Source: Tissierellia bacterium (GTDB lineage Bacteria; Bacillota; Clostridia; Tissierellales; Tepidimicrobiaceae). From it: 64,000 nt of DNA. Shown one piece after another: positions 16,921 to 26,461 of the stretch; position 1 is the stretch's first letter; each line of letters opens with the position of its first letter. Made by a program: the position numbers and the translations under genes. Location of the stretch: contig DUMS01000018.1 in NCBI GenBank assembly GCA_012839745.1, positions 17,982-81,981 on the forward strand, read 5' to 3'. Under the pieces are notes generated by a model. It did not search any database, was not told the DNA's origin, and saw only the letters and a program-made list of their open reading frames with translations.

Positions 16921-17940
16921 ATGAATATGAAGGTGGGTGTTTTCTGGAGGAAATATAGGAATGTTGAGCAGCAGATGAGGATTACACCTGACAAGATATA
17001 TGATGATGCCTATGAAGAGGCCTACCATCATTATTCTGCTTTACGGGAAGCAGGCTATGATGCTTGCCTGTTGGAATGGAAAAGGGACCCCAGGGAGACT
17101 TTAAGGGACATCAGAAAGGAAAATATAAGTATAGTTTTCAACGCGTCTAGCCTTAAGGAGGTGGCTTTTTTAGAAACCTTTGGAATTCCCTATGTAGGAT
17201 CCGGAATAGACCTTGTGCCCATGAACAAGGCCAAAAGGAAGGAAATTGTAGCATACAACAGGCTGCCTACACCCAGGTTTGTTGTAGCAAGCGACCCAAA
17301 CAATATTCCGGACATAAACCTTAGATATCCTCTGTTTGTAAAGCCCATAGAGGGAAGGGGAAGTGCCGGAATAACAGAAGAAAACATAATATACAGGTAT
17401 GAAGACCTTCCAAAGGTTGTGAGGAAGATAACAGAAAAGATTGGACAAAAGGCTTTAATTGAGGAGTATATAGAAGGAAGGGAGATAACTGTCGGGATTA
17501 TAGGGTATAAGGACCCGATGGTGCTTCCAATAGTGGAAATCGAGTACAATGATACCAAGACAAATACATTTGAACACAAGATGTACGACAGAGAAAAGAT
17601 ACACTGTCCGGCAAGGTTAACTCGTGATGAGGAAAAGCTTGTTAAGGATACGGCTTTAAAGATATACAGGGTGTTAAATGCAAAGGATTATTCAAGAATA
17701 GATATGATACTTGGAAAGGATGGAATACCATATTTCCTTGAAATAAACACCTTTGCAGGGCTTACAACAGATTCAGGCAGGGATGAAAATGGCAAAATGA
17801 AAATTCACCATGGTTATATGGGATATGCTGCAAAAGCCGCTGGAATGACAAGAGGAGAGTTTATAGGCAAAATTCTTGAAAGCGCCATTGAGCGGTATGG
17901 ACTAGGACAAATTGAAAAGCCACTAACTTATATAAGTTAG
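16921..17940 (+). CDS. ATP-grasp family ligase, D-alanine--D-alanine-ligase-like
   Basis: ATP-grasp blocks: YPLFVKP..GRGSAGI, LIEEYIEGREITVGIIG, YSRIDMIL..DGIPYFLEINT.AGLT. RBS AAAGGGGG precedes ATG 16921. The N-terminal domain is atypical for a true Ddl. Confidence 0.7.
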   Translation: MNMKVGVFWRKYRNVEQQMRITPDKIYDDAYEEAYHHYSALREAGYDACLLEWKRDPRETLRDIRKENISIVFNASSLKEVAFLETFGIPYVGSGIDLVPMNKAKRKEIVAYNRLPTPRFVVASDPNNIPDINLRYPLFVKPIEGRGSAGITEENIIYRYEDLPKVVRKITEKIGQKALIEEYIEGREITVGIIGYKDPMVLPIVEIEYNDTKTNTFEHKMYDREKIHCPARLTRDEEKLVKDTALKIYRVLNAKDYSRIDMILGKDGIPYFLEINTFAGLTTDSGRDENGKMKIHHGYMGYAAKAAGMTRGEFIGKILESAIERYGLGQIEKPLTYIS

Positions 17941-17951
17941 TGGCTTAACTC

Positions 17952-19142
17952 TTATTTTACATAGCTATCAAAATATCCCTGTATATATACAATTGGAGTG
18001 CCTTTGTCCCCGCTTCCTGAAGTTAGGTCGCATAAAGAGCCAATGAGGTCTGTAAGCCTTCTTGGAGTGGTGCCTTCTGATTCCATCTTGCCTACAAGGT
18101 CCTGTTCCTTGTTTTTAATATATTCTGAAATTGCCTTTTTAAGCTCTTCCCCTCTTAAATCAGGGAACATATTGTCAGCAATGTATTTCAGCTTTATTTC
18201 ATTAGGAGTGCCTTCAAGCCCTTTTGTATAAGCTGGGGATACTACCGGGTCTGCCAGCTCCCAGATTTTGCCCATTGGGTCTCTAAATGCGCCATCTCCG
18301 TAAATCATTACCTCAACAGTCTTTCCAGTTTTCTCCCTAAGCATGGATTGAATGCTTTCTACTATTGGCTGGCAGTCTCTTGGGAACAGCTTTACGGTGT
18401 TTTCTGTAGCCTTATTTGAGCCCAGCAATCCGTAGACTTCGTTGTATCCGCTTCCATTTATGGATTTTGTCAATATATCATCAAGGCTATATACCTTTTT
18501 TCCGCCATTGGACTTTAATATCCTCTTTGTTCTCATTCTGGAATGGATATCACAAATAAGGACACTCTTTGTGTATTTCAATATTGTTCTTGGGTCATTT
18601 GAGAATATTATTTCACATTCCTTACCCTGTTCTTCAACTATGGATTTATAGTATTCAATATAATCTATGCCGGTAAATGGATGTATTTTCTTGCCGAATA
18701 GGTCCCTAAACTGCTTTTCAGTTAATACATCAGTCCATGGGTTGATGCCTTTTTCGTCTACTTCATCTATGGTTACAAGCTGGTTTCCTACTTCATCTGA
18801 TGGATATTGAAGCATAAGTATAATCTTTTTTGCTCCCTTTGCAATTCCCTTCAATAGTATTGCAAATCGATTGCGGCTTAATATGGGGAATATAACTCCT
18901 ATAGTATCGTCTTCAAACTTGGATTCAATATCTAATGCAATGGCATCAACATCAGCATAGTTTCCCTGTGTACGTGCAACTACGGATTCAGTTACAGCAA
19001 CTATATCTCTATCCTTAATGGAAAAACCTTCTACTTCAGAGGCCTTTAAAACAGTGTCCACGACTATTTCCACTATGTTGTCCCCTTCCATCATAATTGG
19101 AGCACGTAAGCCTCTTACAACAGTACCCACCATTCTTTCCAT
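17952..19142 (-). CDS. CofE-like (F420-0:gamma-glutamyl ligase family) protein, 396 aa
   Basis: The N-terminus RGLRAPIMMEGDNIVEIV...DRDIVAVTESVVARTQGN and a later GSNKA...LFPRD...TGK.VEVMIYGDGAFRDP match the CofE pattern (G.P.I..GDD, DGD..V...K..SK.EGR, DASN, D..GR.FR) as I recall it. Confidence 0.55.
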   Translation of the reverse strand: MERMVGTVVRGLRAPIMMEGDNIVEIVVDTVLKASEVEGFSIKDRDIVAVTESVVARTQGNYADVDAIALDIESKFEDDTIGVIFPILSRNRFAILLKGIAKGAKKIILMLQYPSDEVGNQLVTIDEVDEKGINPWTDVLTEKQFRDLFGKKIHPFTGIDYIEYYKSIVEEQGKECEIIFSNDPRTILKYTKSVLICDIHSRMRTKRILKSNGGKKVYSLDDILTKSINGSGYNEVYGLLGSNKATENTVKLFPRDCQPIVESIQSMLREKTGKTVEVMIYGDGAFRDPMGKIWELADPVVSPAYTKGLEGTPNEIKLKYIADNMFPDLRGEELKKAISEYIKNKEQDLVGKMESEGTTPRRLTDLIGSLCDLTSGSGDKGTPIVYIQGYFDSYVK

Positions 19143-19263
19143 TTAAATCTCTCCTTTAATGTTAGTTTGATAAGTATTTTTTTATCCTTACACTTGTAAT
19201 ATACACTAAATTCTGATATAAGTAAAATAAATAGTATTAATATTAGATATAAGGAGTAGTTAT

Positions 19264-20157
19264 ATGTCAATAAAACTTGATCTATATAAGGTTTTTGTAG
19301 AAGTAGCCAAATGGAAAAGCTTCTCCAAGGCAGCCAGGCAGCTTTACATGACGCAGCCTGCTATAAGCCAGGCAATTAACCAGCTGGAAAGGGAGCTGGA
19401 TGTAAGGCTTTTTACCCGCACTCCCAAGGGAGTGGTACTTACAAATGAAGGTCAAATACTGTTTGAACATGTAAATTCCGCATTAAATTTAATAGACGTA
19501 GGAGAAACAAAACTGCTGGAGTCAAAAAAGCTGTTACAAGGAGTATTGCGAATGGGAGTAGGAGATACCATATCCCGCTATTATCTGTTTCCATTTCTGG
19601 AGGAATTTCACAATGAGTATCCAAATATTAAGTTGAAGATAATAAACAGGACCACATTAGAGATATGTGAGCTGATTAAATCAGGTGAAGTGGATATTGG
19701 AATATGCAACCTTCCCATTGAAGAATCAGGATTAAGCGTAAAGAAGCTTATGAATATCCACGACATTTTTGTCTGTGGTGAAGGCTACAGGGAAATAGCA
19801 GGTAAGCCATTATCATTTTCTGAACTAACAGAGCTTCCGCTGATACTTTTGGAGCCTAAGGCCAATTCAAGGCAGTATGTGGAAAACTATATACTATCAA
19901 AAGGCGTAAGGATTGAGCCAGAAATAGAATTGGGGTCCCATGACCTGCTGTTGGAGTTTGCAAGGATAAACCTTGGGATATCATGTGTTGTGAAGGAATT
20001 TTCAAAAGAATATCTGGATAATAATGTGCTTTATGAGGTCAGGCTTGTAGAGGAAATACCTGAACGGGCAATTGGCGTGTGTTTTCTGAAGAATGTATCC
20101 TTATCTTCTGCTGCCATGAGATTTGTTGAGTATTTGGCTGATAAGGAGTCAATCTGA
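19264..20157 (+). CDS. LysR-family transcriptional regulator
   Basis: N-terminal HTH SFSKAARQLYMTQPAISQAINQLERELDVRLFTR plus a LysR substrate-binding region. Divergent from the CofE-like gene across a 121-bp spacer. Confidence 0.9.
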   Translation: MSIKLDLYKVFVEVAKWKSFSKAARQLYMTQPAISQAINQLERELDVRLFTRTPKGVVLTNEGQILFEHVNSALNLIDVGETKLLESKKLLQGVLRMGVGDTISRYYLFPFLEEFHNEYPNIKLKIINRTTLEICELIKSGEVDIGICNLPIEESGLSVKKLMNIHDIFVCGEGYREIAGKPLSFSELTELPLILLEPKANSRQYVENYILSKGVRIEPEIELGSHDLLLEFARINLGISCVVKEFSKEYLDNNVLYEVRLVEEIPERAIGVCFLKNVSLSSAAMRFVEYLADKESI

Positions 20158-20318
20158 GATTATGTTTCTTTAGAAGATAAAATAGATAAGAATTGCAATT
20201 TATATTAGACCTCCTTTCTATTGTGATTATGGATACAATATTGAATTAGGGGATAATCTTTAAGCAAACTTTGGATGTACAATTGTAAAGAAAATATAAT
20301 GAAAGCAGGTGTTGAGAA

Positions 20319-20975
20319 ATGTCAAGTAATTGTTTTGTTTCGTGGAGTGGGGGAAAGGATGCATGTCTGGCGTTGTATAAAGCCATTAATGAGGGATATA
20401 AGCCTAAGATGTTACTGACCATGTTTAGCCTAGAAAATGGTATAAGCTCAGCCCATAGGTTGAAGGAGGACATTATTAAGGCCCAGGCTAATTCCATTGG
20501 AATTGAACTTTGCATAGGCAGGGCATCCTTTCATGAATATGAAGAGGTATTTGTTGAAAACCTTGGGAAGTTTAAGGATATTGGGATAGACTATGGAATT
20601 TTTGGAGATATAGATATAGAAGAGCATAGGCAATGGGAAGAAAGGGTATGTAAGAAAGCATCAATTGAGCCAGTGCTACCCCTATGGCATGGAAACAGGA
20701 GAGAGCTAGTGGAGGAGTTTATAAGCTACGGGTTTAAGGCAAAAATTGTGCTGGTTGACACAACTAGGCTTGATAAAGTATTTCTGGGTGAAGACTTAAG
20801 CTTACCACTTATTAGGGAGATAGAAAAATGTGGTGCAGATGTCTGCGGGGAAAATGGAGAATATCACACAGTAGTATATGATGGGCCCATATTTAGAAAG
20901 TCTCTTGATTTGAAATACAGCCATGAGATCATTGCTGTTAAGGATAGATGGGCTCAGATTGGGGTAAGTATTTAA
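20319..20975 (+). CDS. PP-loop ATP pyrophosphatase, Dph6/MJ0570-related (diphthamide-synthase-domain family)
   Basis: FVSWSGGKDACLALYKA (SGGKD PP-loop), later GE.GEYHT. Length 218 aa. Confidence 0.7.
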   Translation: MSSNCFVSWSGGKDACLALYKAINEGYKPKMLLTMFSLENGISSAHRLKEDIIKAQANSIGIELCIGRASFHEYEEVFVENLGKFKDIGIDYGIFGDIDIEEHRQWEERVCKKASIEPVLPLWHGNRRELVEEFISYGFKAKIVLVDTTRLDKVFLGEDLSLPLIREIEKCGADVCGENGEYHTVVYDGPIFRKSLDLKYSHEIIAVKDRWAQIGVSI

Positions 20976-21002
20976 TATAAATATTTACATGGAGGTATGT
21001 TT

Positions 21003-22175
21003 ATGAGTAACGATAATAAAATAGAAAGATTAAAGGAATACGTTCAGGGAGTATTAAATAATGAGGATGGCAAAGCATTATATGAAAAATACAGGGAAGA
21101 TGTGGAAACAGTAACTCCAAGGGAATGCTTTGAAGTATTCTACTCAATGCTTAATAAGGGTTATACTCCAAGGGAGATACTGAAGATACTGGATAAGGTA
21201 ATAAATGTATTTTATAATGCCCTTGTAAGCTATCACTGGGAAAGGCCAAAGGAGAACAGCTTTTTGGATATATTGATGAAGGAAAACAAAGCATTGGAAG
21301 AAAGACTGGGGGAAATAAGAAGGATTATTGTGGATAAGAAGGTAAAGGAGAAAAGAGAGGAGATACATAGAATATTAAAGTCTCTGGAGGAGTTTAATGA
21401 ACATTACCTTAAAAAGGAAAACATATTGTTTCCCTATATGGAGAAAAAGATGAAAATATTCAACGGCCTTTCAATAATGTGGTCTTTGCACGATGAAGCC
21501 AGGGAAACCCTAAAGAACACACTGGCCTTGTTTGAAAAGGATGAGTTTAGCATGAAGGAATTCAATGTTCAAATAGGCAGGCTTTTCTTTGCAATGCTTG
21601 GTATTGCCAAGAAGGAAAACCTGATACTGTTTCCTGCAGCCATGGAAGTGTTTGATGACTCCGTATGGGAGGATATGAACAGGCAAAGTGCAGAATATGG
21701 TTTTCCATTTATTGAGAGACCCCCTATAGATGAAATGGAAAATATAGAGATACATGGATTTGAAGGTACGAAATTCAAGACTGAAACAGGAGAGCTTACA
21801 TTTGAACAGATAATGTTGGTGTTTAATGCATTGCCGGTTGACCTGACATTCGTAGACGAAAACAACAAGGTTAGATTCTTTACAAAGCCTAAGGACAGAA
21901 CATTTCCCCGTTCACCAGCTGCTATAGGAAGGGATGTGCGTAACTGCCATCCTGCTGAAAGTGTACATGTAGTCAACAAAATTGTTGATGCTTTCAGAGA
22001 TGGCAGTAGGGATTCAGCTACCTTCTGGATAGACTTTAAGGGTAGAAAGCTTCTCATTCAGTATTTTGCACTGAGAAACTCAAAGGGCGAGTATAAAGGA
22101 GTATTAGAAGTTACCCAGGATATTACAGAGATTAAGAAGATAGAAGGAGAGAAAAGGCTACTTCAGTGGGAATAA
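21003..22175 (+). CDS. DUF438 domain protein with hemerythrin-like N-terminal region and PAS-like C-terminus
   Basis: PVDLTFVDENNKVRFFT...FPRSPAAIGRDVRNCHP..SVH.V and a YKGVLEVTQDIT tail are typical of DUF438/PAS proteins. I prefer ATG 21003, 6 nt after GGAGGT. The track start is 20997. Confidence 0.75.
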   Translation: MSNDNKIERLKEYVQGVLNNEDGKALYEKYREDVETVTPRECFEVFYSMLNKGYTPREILKILDKVINVFYNALVSYHWERPKENSFLDILMKENKALEERLGEIRRIIVDKKVKEKREEIHRILKSLEEFNEHYLKKENILFPYMEKKMKIFNGLSIMWSLHDEARETLKNTLALFEKDEFSMKEFNVQIGRLFFAMLGIAKKENLILFPAAMEVFDDSVWEDMNRQSAEYGFPFIERPPIDEMENIEIHGFEGTKFKTETGELTFEQIMLVFNALPVDLTFVDENNKVRFFTKPKDRTFPRSPAAIGRDVRNCHPAESVHVVNKIVDAFRDGSRDSATFWIDFKGRKLLIQYFALRNSKGEYKGVLEVTQDITEIKKIEGEKRLLQWE

Positions 22176-22192
22176 TAAAAAGAGGTGATCTT

Positions 22193-22387
22193 ATGACTTT
22201 TGGGAAAAACTTGCAAAGCTTCCGAAAAAGAAATAAGCTTTCACAGGAGAAGATAGCTGAGCTAATAGGTGTTTGCAGGCAGGCTGTTTCTAAATGGGAA
22301 AATGGCCTTGCATATCCAGATATTGAAAACTTAATGCGATTATCTGATTTAAGTTCCCTCCATTTTCATCTATTGCAATGCTTTTAA
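22193..22387 (+). CDS. Short XRE-family helix-turn-helix protein (64 aa), possibly C-terminally truncated
   Basis: NLQSFRKRNKLSQEKIAELIGVCRQAVSKWENGLAYPDIENLMRLSDL is a canonical Cro/C1 HTH. The sequence diverges right after RLSDL, where relatives usually continue. RBS AGAGGTG. Confidence 0.6.
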   Translation: MTFGKNLQSFRKRNKLSQEKIAELIGVCRQAVSKWENGLAYPDIENLMRLSDLSSLHFHLLQCF

Positions 22388-22538
22388 GCATGTTTATATT
22401 TGTTTATATATCTATATTTGAAGTTATTAGAGAAATAACAAAGAAGGAATTAGAATGAAGTAACAAGGCATTGGCAGCGGATAGTATATGCGCTTCAAGT
22501 GAAGGAAGTATAGAAAATCAAATAAAGGTGGTATTTTT

Positions 22539-24584
22539 ATGGCTAATGGAAGCATTACACTGGTGGCAGGTTCAGAGCGTACTAGGTTTGCTTTGCAAAA
22601 TCAATTAAAGGAATACTTATATGACGTTGTAGAGATAAAAAGCTTTGCAACGGAGGAAGGAATACATGAGAAAATATCAGATGAGTTAATAGTGTTGTCC
22701 AGCGATTTGGTGAAAAATGAGCTGATTGAGATGAATCTGCTGGATACGGACTGTGAAATAATAGTTGCAAATAGAACCATTAATTATGATTACATTGACC
22801 AGGTAGTATTAATACCAAAGGATACAGATGTGCTATTTGTCAATGATGAAAAGGAAACAACATATGAGGGAATAAGGGCATTGAAAGAGCTGGGAATAGA
22901 CCATATAAACTTCATACCTTACTATCCTTACATAAAAGAGAGCGTTCCAAAGGTGGATATTGCAATTACACCTGGTGAATGTGACAAGGTTCCAGGATTT
23001 GTAAAGAAAGTAATAGATATTGGGCCCAGAATAATGGATTTTACAACAGTTATGCAGATACTCAACAAAATGAACATGCTGGATTTTAAAGGAGAGCAGT
23101 TTTCCAACAAATATCTGAAGAAAATAATAAATGTTGCCAAAAAGATTGCCGAGTTAAACAGCGAAGTTACTAATCTTAATAAACATCTGAACCTTGTACT
23201 GGATGGGCTGAATGACGGATTGCTGGTATATGACACCATGGGCAAGATAAGCGTGTTTAATGAAAACTTAAAGAGATTATTAAATGTAGGATATACAAAG
23301 GTTATTGGAAGAAGCGTAAAGGATATTATATACAACAAATCCATTCTGGAGTTTCTGATGAATAAGGAGACCGGAACCAAGGTTTTTGATAATGACAATG
23401 TTCAAATACTGGCCAACAAGTTTTACTTAAGCAAGAGCAATTATACAATAGTTACTTTTAAAAATGTAAAGGAAACCATAGAAGCCAATGAAAATCTGAA
23501 AAGGGAGCTGATAAATAAGGGCTTTTATGCCAAGTATACATTTGATGACATAATCGGCATAAGCGATGAAATAAAAAGGATTAAGCAAATAGCCAATAAG
23601 CTTGCCAAAACCGACCTGGCAATACTGATTGAAGGGGAAAGTGGAACTGGAAAGGAGCTTTTTGCAAGTGCCATACATAATGCTTCCAGAAGAAAAAAGG
23701 GTCCATTTCTTGCAGTTAATTTCAGTGCGCTGCCTGATGGACTAATAGAAAGCGAGCTCTTTGGATATGAGGAAGGTGCATTTACAGGTGCTAAAAAAGG
23801 GGGCAAAGCAGGGCTGTTTGAACAGGCTGATGGCGGAACTATTTTTCTGGATGAGATAGGGGATATATCCATGAAGGTTCAAACCAGGCTTTTAAGGGTA
23901 CTTGAGGAAAAAGAGGTTATGAGAATAGGGGGAAATGAAATAAAGTCCATTGATGTGAGGATAATTGCAGCTACAAACAAGAACCTGGCACAGCTGGTAA
24001 ATGAAAAGAAGTTCAGAGAAGACCTGTACTATCGGCTGAAGGTGGGATATTTAAGGCTTGCTCCCTTGAGGGAAAGAAAAGAGGATATTGCTGAGCTTAT
24101 CAGGTACTTTATCAAGGTTTATACCATGGACAGCGTTAAAATATCCGATGAAGCAATTAAGCAGCTTATTGAATATGACTGGTATGGAAATGTAAGGGAG
24201 CTTATTAATACAATAAGCTACATGCTGGCAGTCAGAGAAGGCAATATACTGACTGTTAATGATATCCCCCATAGGAACTTTTTTCAGAAAAGAAGCAATG
24301 AATTAGAAAAGGAAGAGTCAAATTATGAGGAGGAGCTGGAAGAGGACCAGATATTCATATTGAAGAAAATACATGAACTCAACAAGTCCGGTAAAACTGC
24401 AGGCAGGGAAAAACTGGCCAAGCTGTCGGAAGGCACTGATTTTAAGATGACTCAATACGAAATAAGGGGAAGGCTGGATAAGCTGGAAAGAATGGGGCTC
24501 ATAACAAAGGATAGAGGTAAGAGGGGCACAAGGCTTACCAATAAGGGAGAGAAGATATTAATGAATTTAATGGCACATTTTTAG
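22539..24584 (+). CDS. Sigma-54-dependent transcriptional activator (bEBP) with N-terminal sensor and PAS region
   Basis: AAA+ core GESGTGKELFA, GAFTGA loop as ESELFGYEEGAFTGA, Walker B GGTIFLDEIGD, R-finger region RVLEEKEVMRIGG, C-terminal winged-helix-like tail. Confidence 0.9.
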   Translation: MANGSITLVAGSERTRFALQNQLKEYLYDVVEIKSFATEEGIHEKISDELIVLSSDLVKNELIEMNLLDTDCEIIVANRTINYDYIDQVVLIPKDTDVLFVNDEKETTYEGIRALKELGIDHINFIPYYPYIKESVPKVDIAITPGECDKVPGFVKKVIDIGPRIMDFTTVMQILNKMNMLDFKGEQFSNKYLKKIINVAKKIAELNSEVTNLNKHLNLVLDGLNDGLLVYDTMGKISVFNENLKRLLNVGYTKVIGRSVKDIIYNKSILEFLMNKETGTKVFDNDNVQILANKFYLSKSNYTIVTFKNVKETIEANENLKRELINKGFYAKYTFDDIIGISDEIKRIKQIANKLAKTDLAILIEGESGTGKELFASAIHNASRRKKGPFLAVNFSALPDGLIESELFGYEEGAFTGAKKGGKAGLFEQADGGTIFLDEIGDISMKVQTRLLRVLEEKEVMRIGGNEIKSIDVRIIAATNKNLAQLVNEKKFREDLYYRLKVGYLRLAPLRERKEDIAELIRYFIKVYTMDSVKISDEAIKQLIEYDWYGNVRELINTISYMLAVREGNILTVNDIPHRNFFQKRSNELEKEESNYEEELEEDQIFILKKIHELNKSGKTAGREKLAKLSEGTDFKMTQYEIRGRLDKLERMGLITKDRGKRGTRLTNKGEKILMNLMAHF

Positions 24585-24610
24585 GATATAATGGCAGCCA
24601 AATAAAGCCA

Positions 24611-24624
24611 AAAAGGTACCTTTT
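24611..24624. promoter_or_regulatory. Candidate enhancer (UAS) for the bEBP: perfect 14-bp palindrome
   Basis: AAAAGGTACCTTTT with no loop, centred about 45 bp upstream of the -24 element. Confidence 0.4.
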
Positions 24625-24660
24625 GATGCTAATAATCCTTTGCTTAACTGGTTATATTAA

Positions 24661-24676
24661 TGGCATGGAAATTGCA
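24661..24676 (+). promoter_or_regulatory. Sigma-54 (-24/-12) promoter
   Basis: TGGCAT-GGAAA-TTGCAT matches TGGCAC-N5-TTGCW with exact spacing, about 55 nt upstream of ATG 24733 and directly downstream of a bEBP gene. Confidence 0.8.
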
Positions 24677-24732
24677 TAAGTACTCTATGGAAAAGTCTTT
24701 GATTAGCCAAAATAATAAGAGGAGGGAGATAT

Positions 24733-26457
24733 ATGGATAGAATCAAAAAAAGGGATTTTACTAAGATTCGCACTCCACATACTTATGCAATTATTTTTAT
24801 AGTAGTTGTGCTCTGCTGGATTTTGACATTTTTGGTACCTGCAGGCAAGTTCAGCACTCATGTGGTGGAGTATAAGGATGCAAATGGGGACATAAAGACC
24901 AGAACAGTTTTAAGGGCTGACACATTCAGATACAGCTATAATCTTAACAGGGACTTTTTAGCCAGTGAACTGCCAAGACTGGCTGAAGACAGTGCAAAGC
25001 TTGAAGAGCTTGGAATTGACAAGGAAGCACTGGATGAATTTTTACAGACTGATCCATCAAACTGGGACCAATCCCAACTTGATGAAATAGGGCTTACTGA
25101 TGATACTCTGTATGAACTGTATGGTGAAAACTTCTATGACACCAGTAAAAGACTACATAAAACAGCAGGAATATGGGGAACAGATGATTTTGGCGGATTC
25201 GGATTTTTGAACTACATATTCGAAGGACTTGTTACAGGAGATAAGTATGGTTCAGCCGTTGGAATAGTTGCATTGATACTAGTGGTTGGAGGCGCCTTTG
25301 GAATAATAATGAAAACTGGTGCCATTGATGCAGGTATATATGCATTTATAAGGAAGACAAAGGGTTTGGAAAGGCTAGCACTGCCGCTATTATTCTTCCT
25401 GTTCTCCCTTGGCGGGGCAACCTTTGGAATGTCAGAGGAAGTAATACCTTTTGCAATGGTTATGGTTCCTTTTGTAATAGCATTGGGATATGATTCCATT
25501 GTAGCAGTTACTGTAACGTTTGTAGCTTCTCAGGTTGGTAATGCTGCATCATGGATGAGCCCATTCAGCGTGGCTGTTGCTCAGGGAATTGCAGGAATTC
25601 CTGTTCTATCAGGAGCAGATTTCAGGCTTATAATGTGGTTTATAATAACAGGGCTGGGAGCTGCATATATGATGAGGTATGCAGAAAAGATAAGAAAGAA
25701 TCCTGAGCTGTCAGTAATGTATGAATCTGATAAGCATTTTAGGGATAAGCTGGAGCAGACTACTGATGAAGAAAGGGAATTCAACTTAGGTCACAAGCTC
25801 ATATTGCTGGAAATGCTGTTAGTGCTTATCTGGATAATCTGGGGAGTTACAACAAAAGGATATTATATACCAGAAATAGCATCCCAGTTCTTTGTAATGG
25901 GATTGGTTGCAGGCATAATTGCAGTTATATTCAAGCTTAATGGAATGACCATAAATGACATGGCCTCTGCATTCCAGGGTGGCGTTGCCGATTTGGCCGG
26001 CACAGCAGTGGTAGTAGGCATGGCCAAGGGAATACTTCTGGTACTGGGAGGCTCTGATGCCAATACTCCATCAGCATTAAATACAGTACTGTACAGCATT
26101 GGAAATGCATTAAACGGAATACCATCCTTTATTGCAGCATGGGGCATGTATATATTCCAAAGCTTATTCAATCTAGTTGTAACTTCAAACTCCGGCCAGG
26201 CAGCCTTAACAATGCCAATTATGGCTCCACTGTCTGATATAGTTGGAGTATCAAGACAGGTTGCAGTACTTTGCTATCAGCTGGGAGCTGGATTTGTGGA
26301 CGCATTTACACCAGTATCTGCAAGCCTCATAGGCGTACTTGGCGTTGCCAGAATAGACTGGAGTAAATGGGCTAAATTCCAGATAAAGATGCAGGGCTTC
26401 TTCTTCATAATAGGCTCAATTTTCGTATTTATAGCAATAGCAATAAATCTACAATAA
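24733..26457 (+). CDS. YfcC-family (DcuC/C4-dicarboxylate-anaerobic-carrier superfamily) membrane transporter
   Basis: 574 aa and polytopic. The N-terminus (R.PHTYAIIFIVVVL...VPAGKF) and overall pattern are typical of YfcC-family proteins. RBS AGGAGGGAG. Confidence 0.75.
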   Translation: MDRIKKRDFTKIRTPHTYAIIFIVVVLCWILTFLVPAGKFSTHVVEYKDANGDIKTRTVLRADTFRYSYNLNRDFLASELPRLAEDSAKLEELGIDKEALDEFLQTDPSNWDQSQLDEIGLTDDTLYELYGENFYDTSKRLHKTAGIWGTDDFGGFGFLNYIFEGLVTGDKYGSAVGIVALILVVGGAFGIIMKTGAIDAGIYAFIRKTKGLERLALPLLFFLFSLGGATFGMSEEVIPFAMVMVPFVIALGYDSIVAVTVTFVASQVGNAASWMSPFSVAVAQGIAGIPVLSGADFRLIMWFIITGLGAAYMMRYAEKIRKNPELSVMYESDKHFRDKLEQTTDEEREFNLGHKLILLEMLLVLIWIIWGVTTKGYYIPEIASQFFVMGLVAGIIAVIFKLNGMTINDMASAFQGGVADLAGTAVVVGMAKGILLVLGGSDANTPSALNTVLYSIGNALNGIPSFIAAWGMYIFQSLFNLVVTSNSGQAALTMPIMAPLSDIVGVSRQVAVLCYQLGAGFVDAFTPVSASLIGVLGVARIDWSKWAKFQIKMQGFFFIIGSIFVFIAIAINLQ

Positions 26458-26461
26458 AGGG

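Noticed and set aside
16699-17031. 110-aa minus-strand ORF spanning the ATP-grasp gene leader.
   Set aside because: It overlaps the promoter, leader and 5' end of a well-supported plus-strand gene. It has no RBS and an implausible composition.
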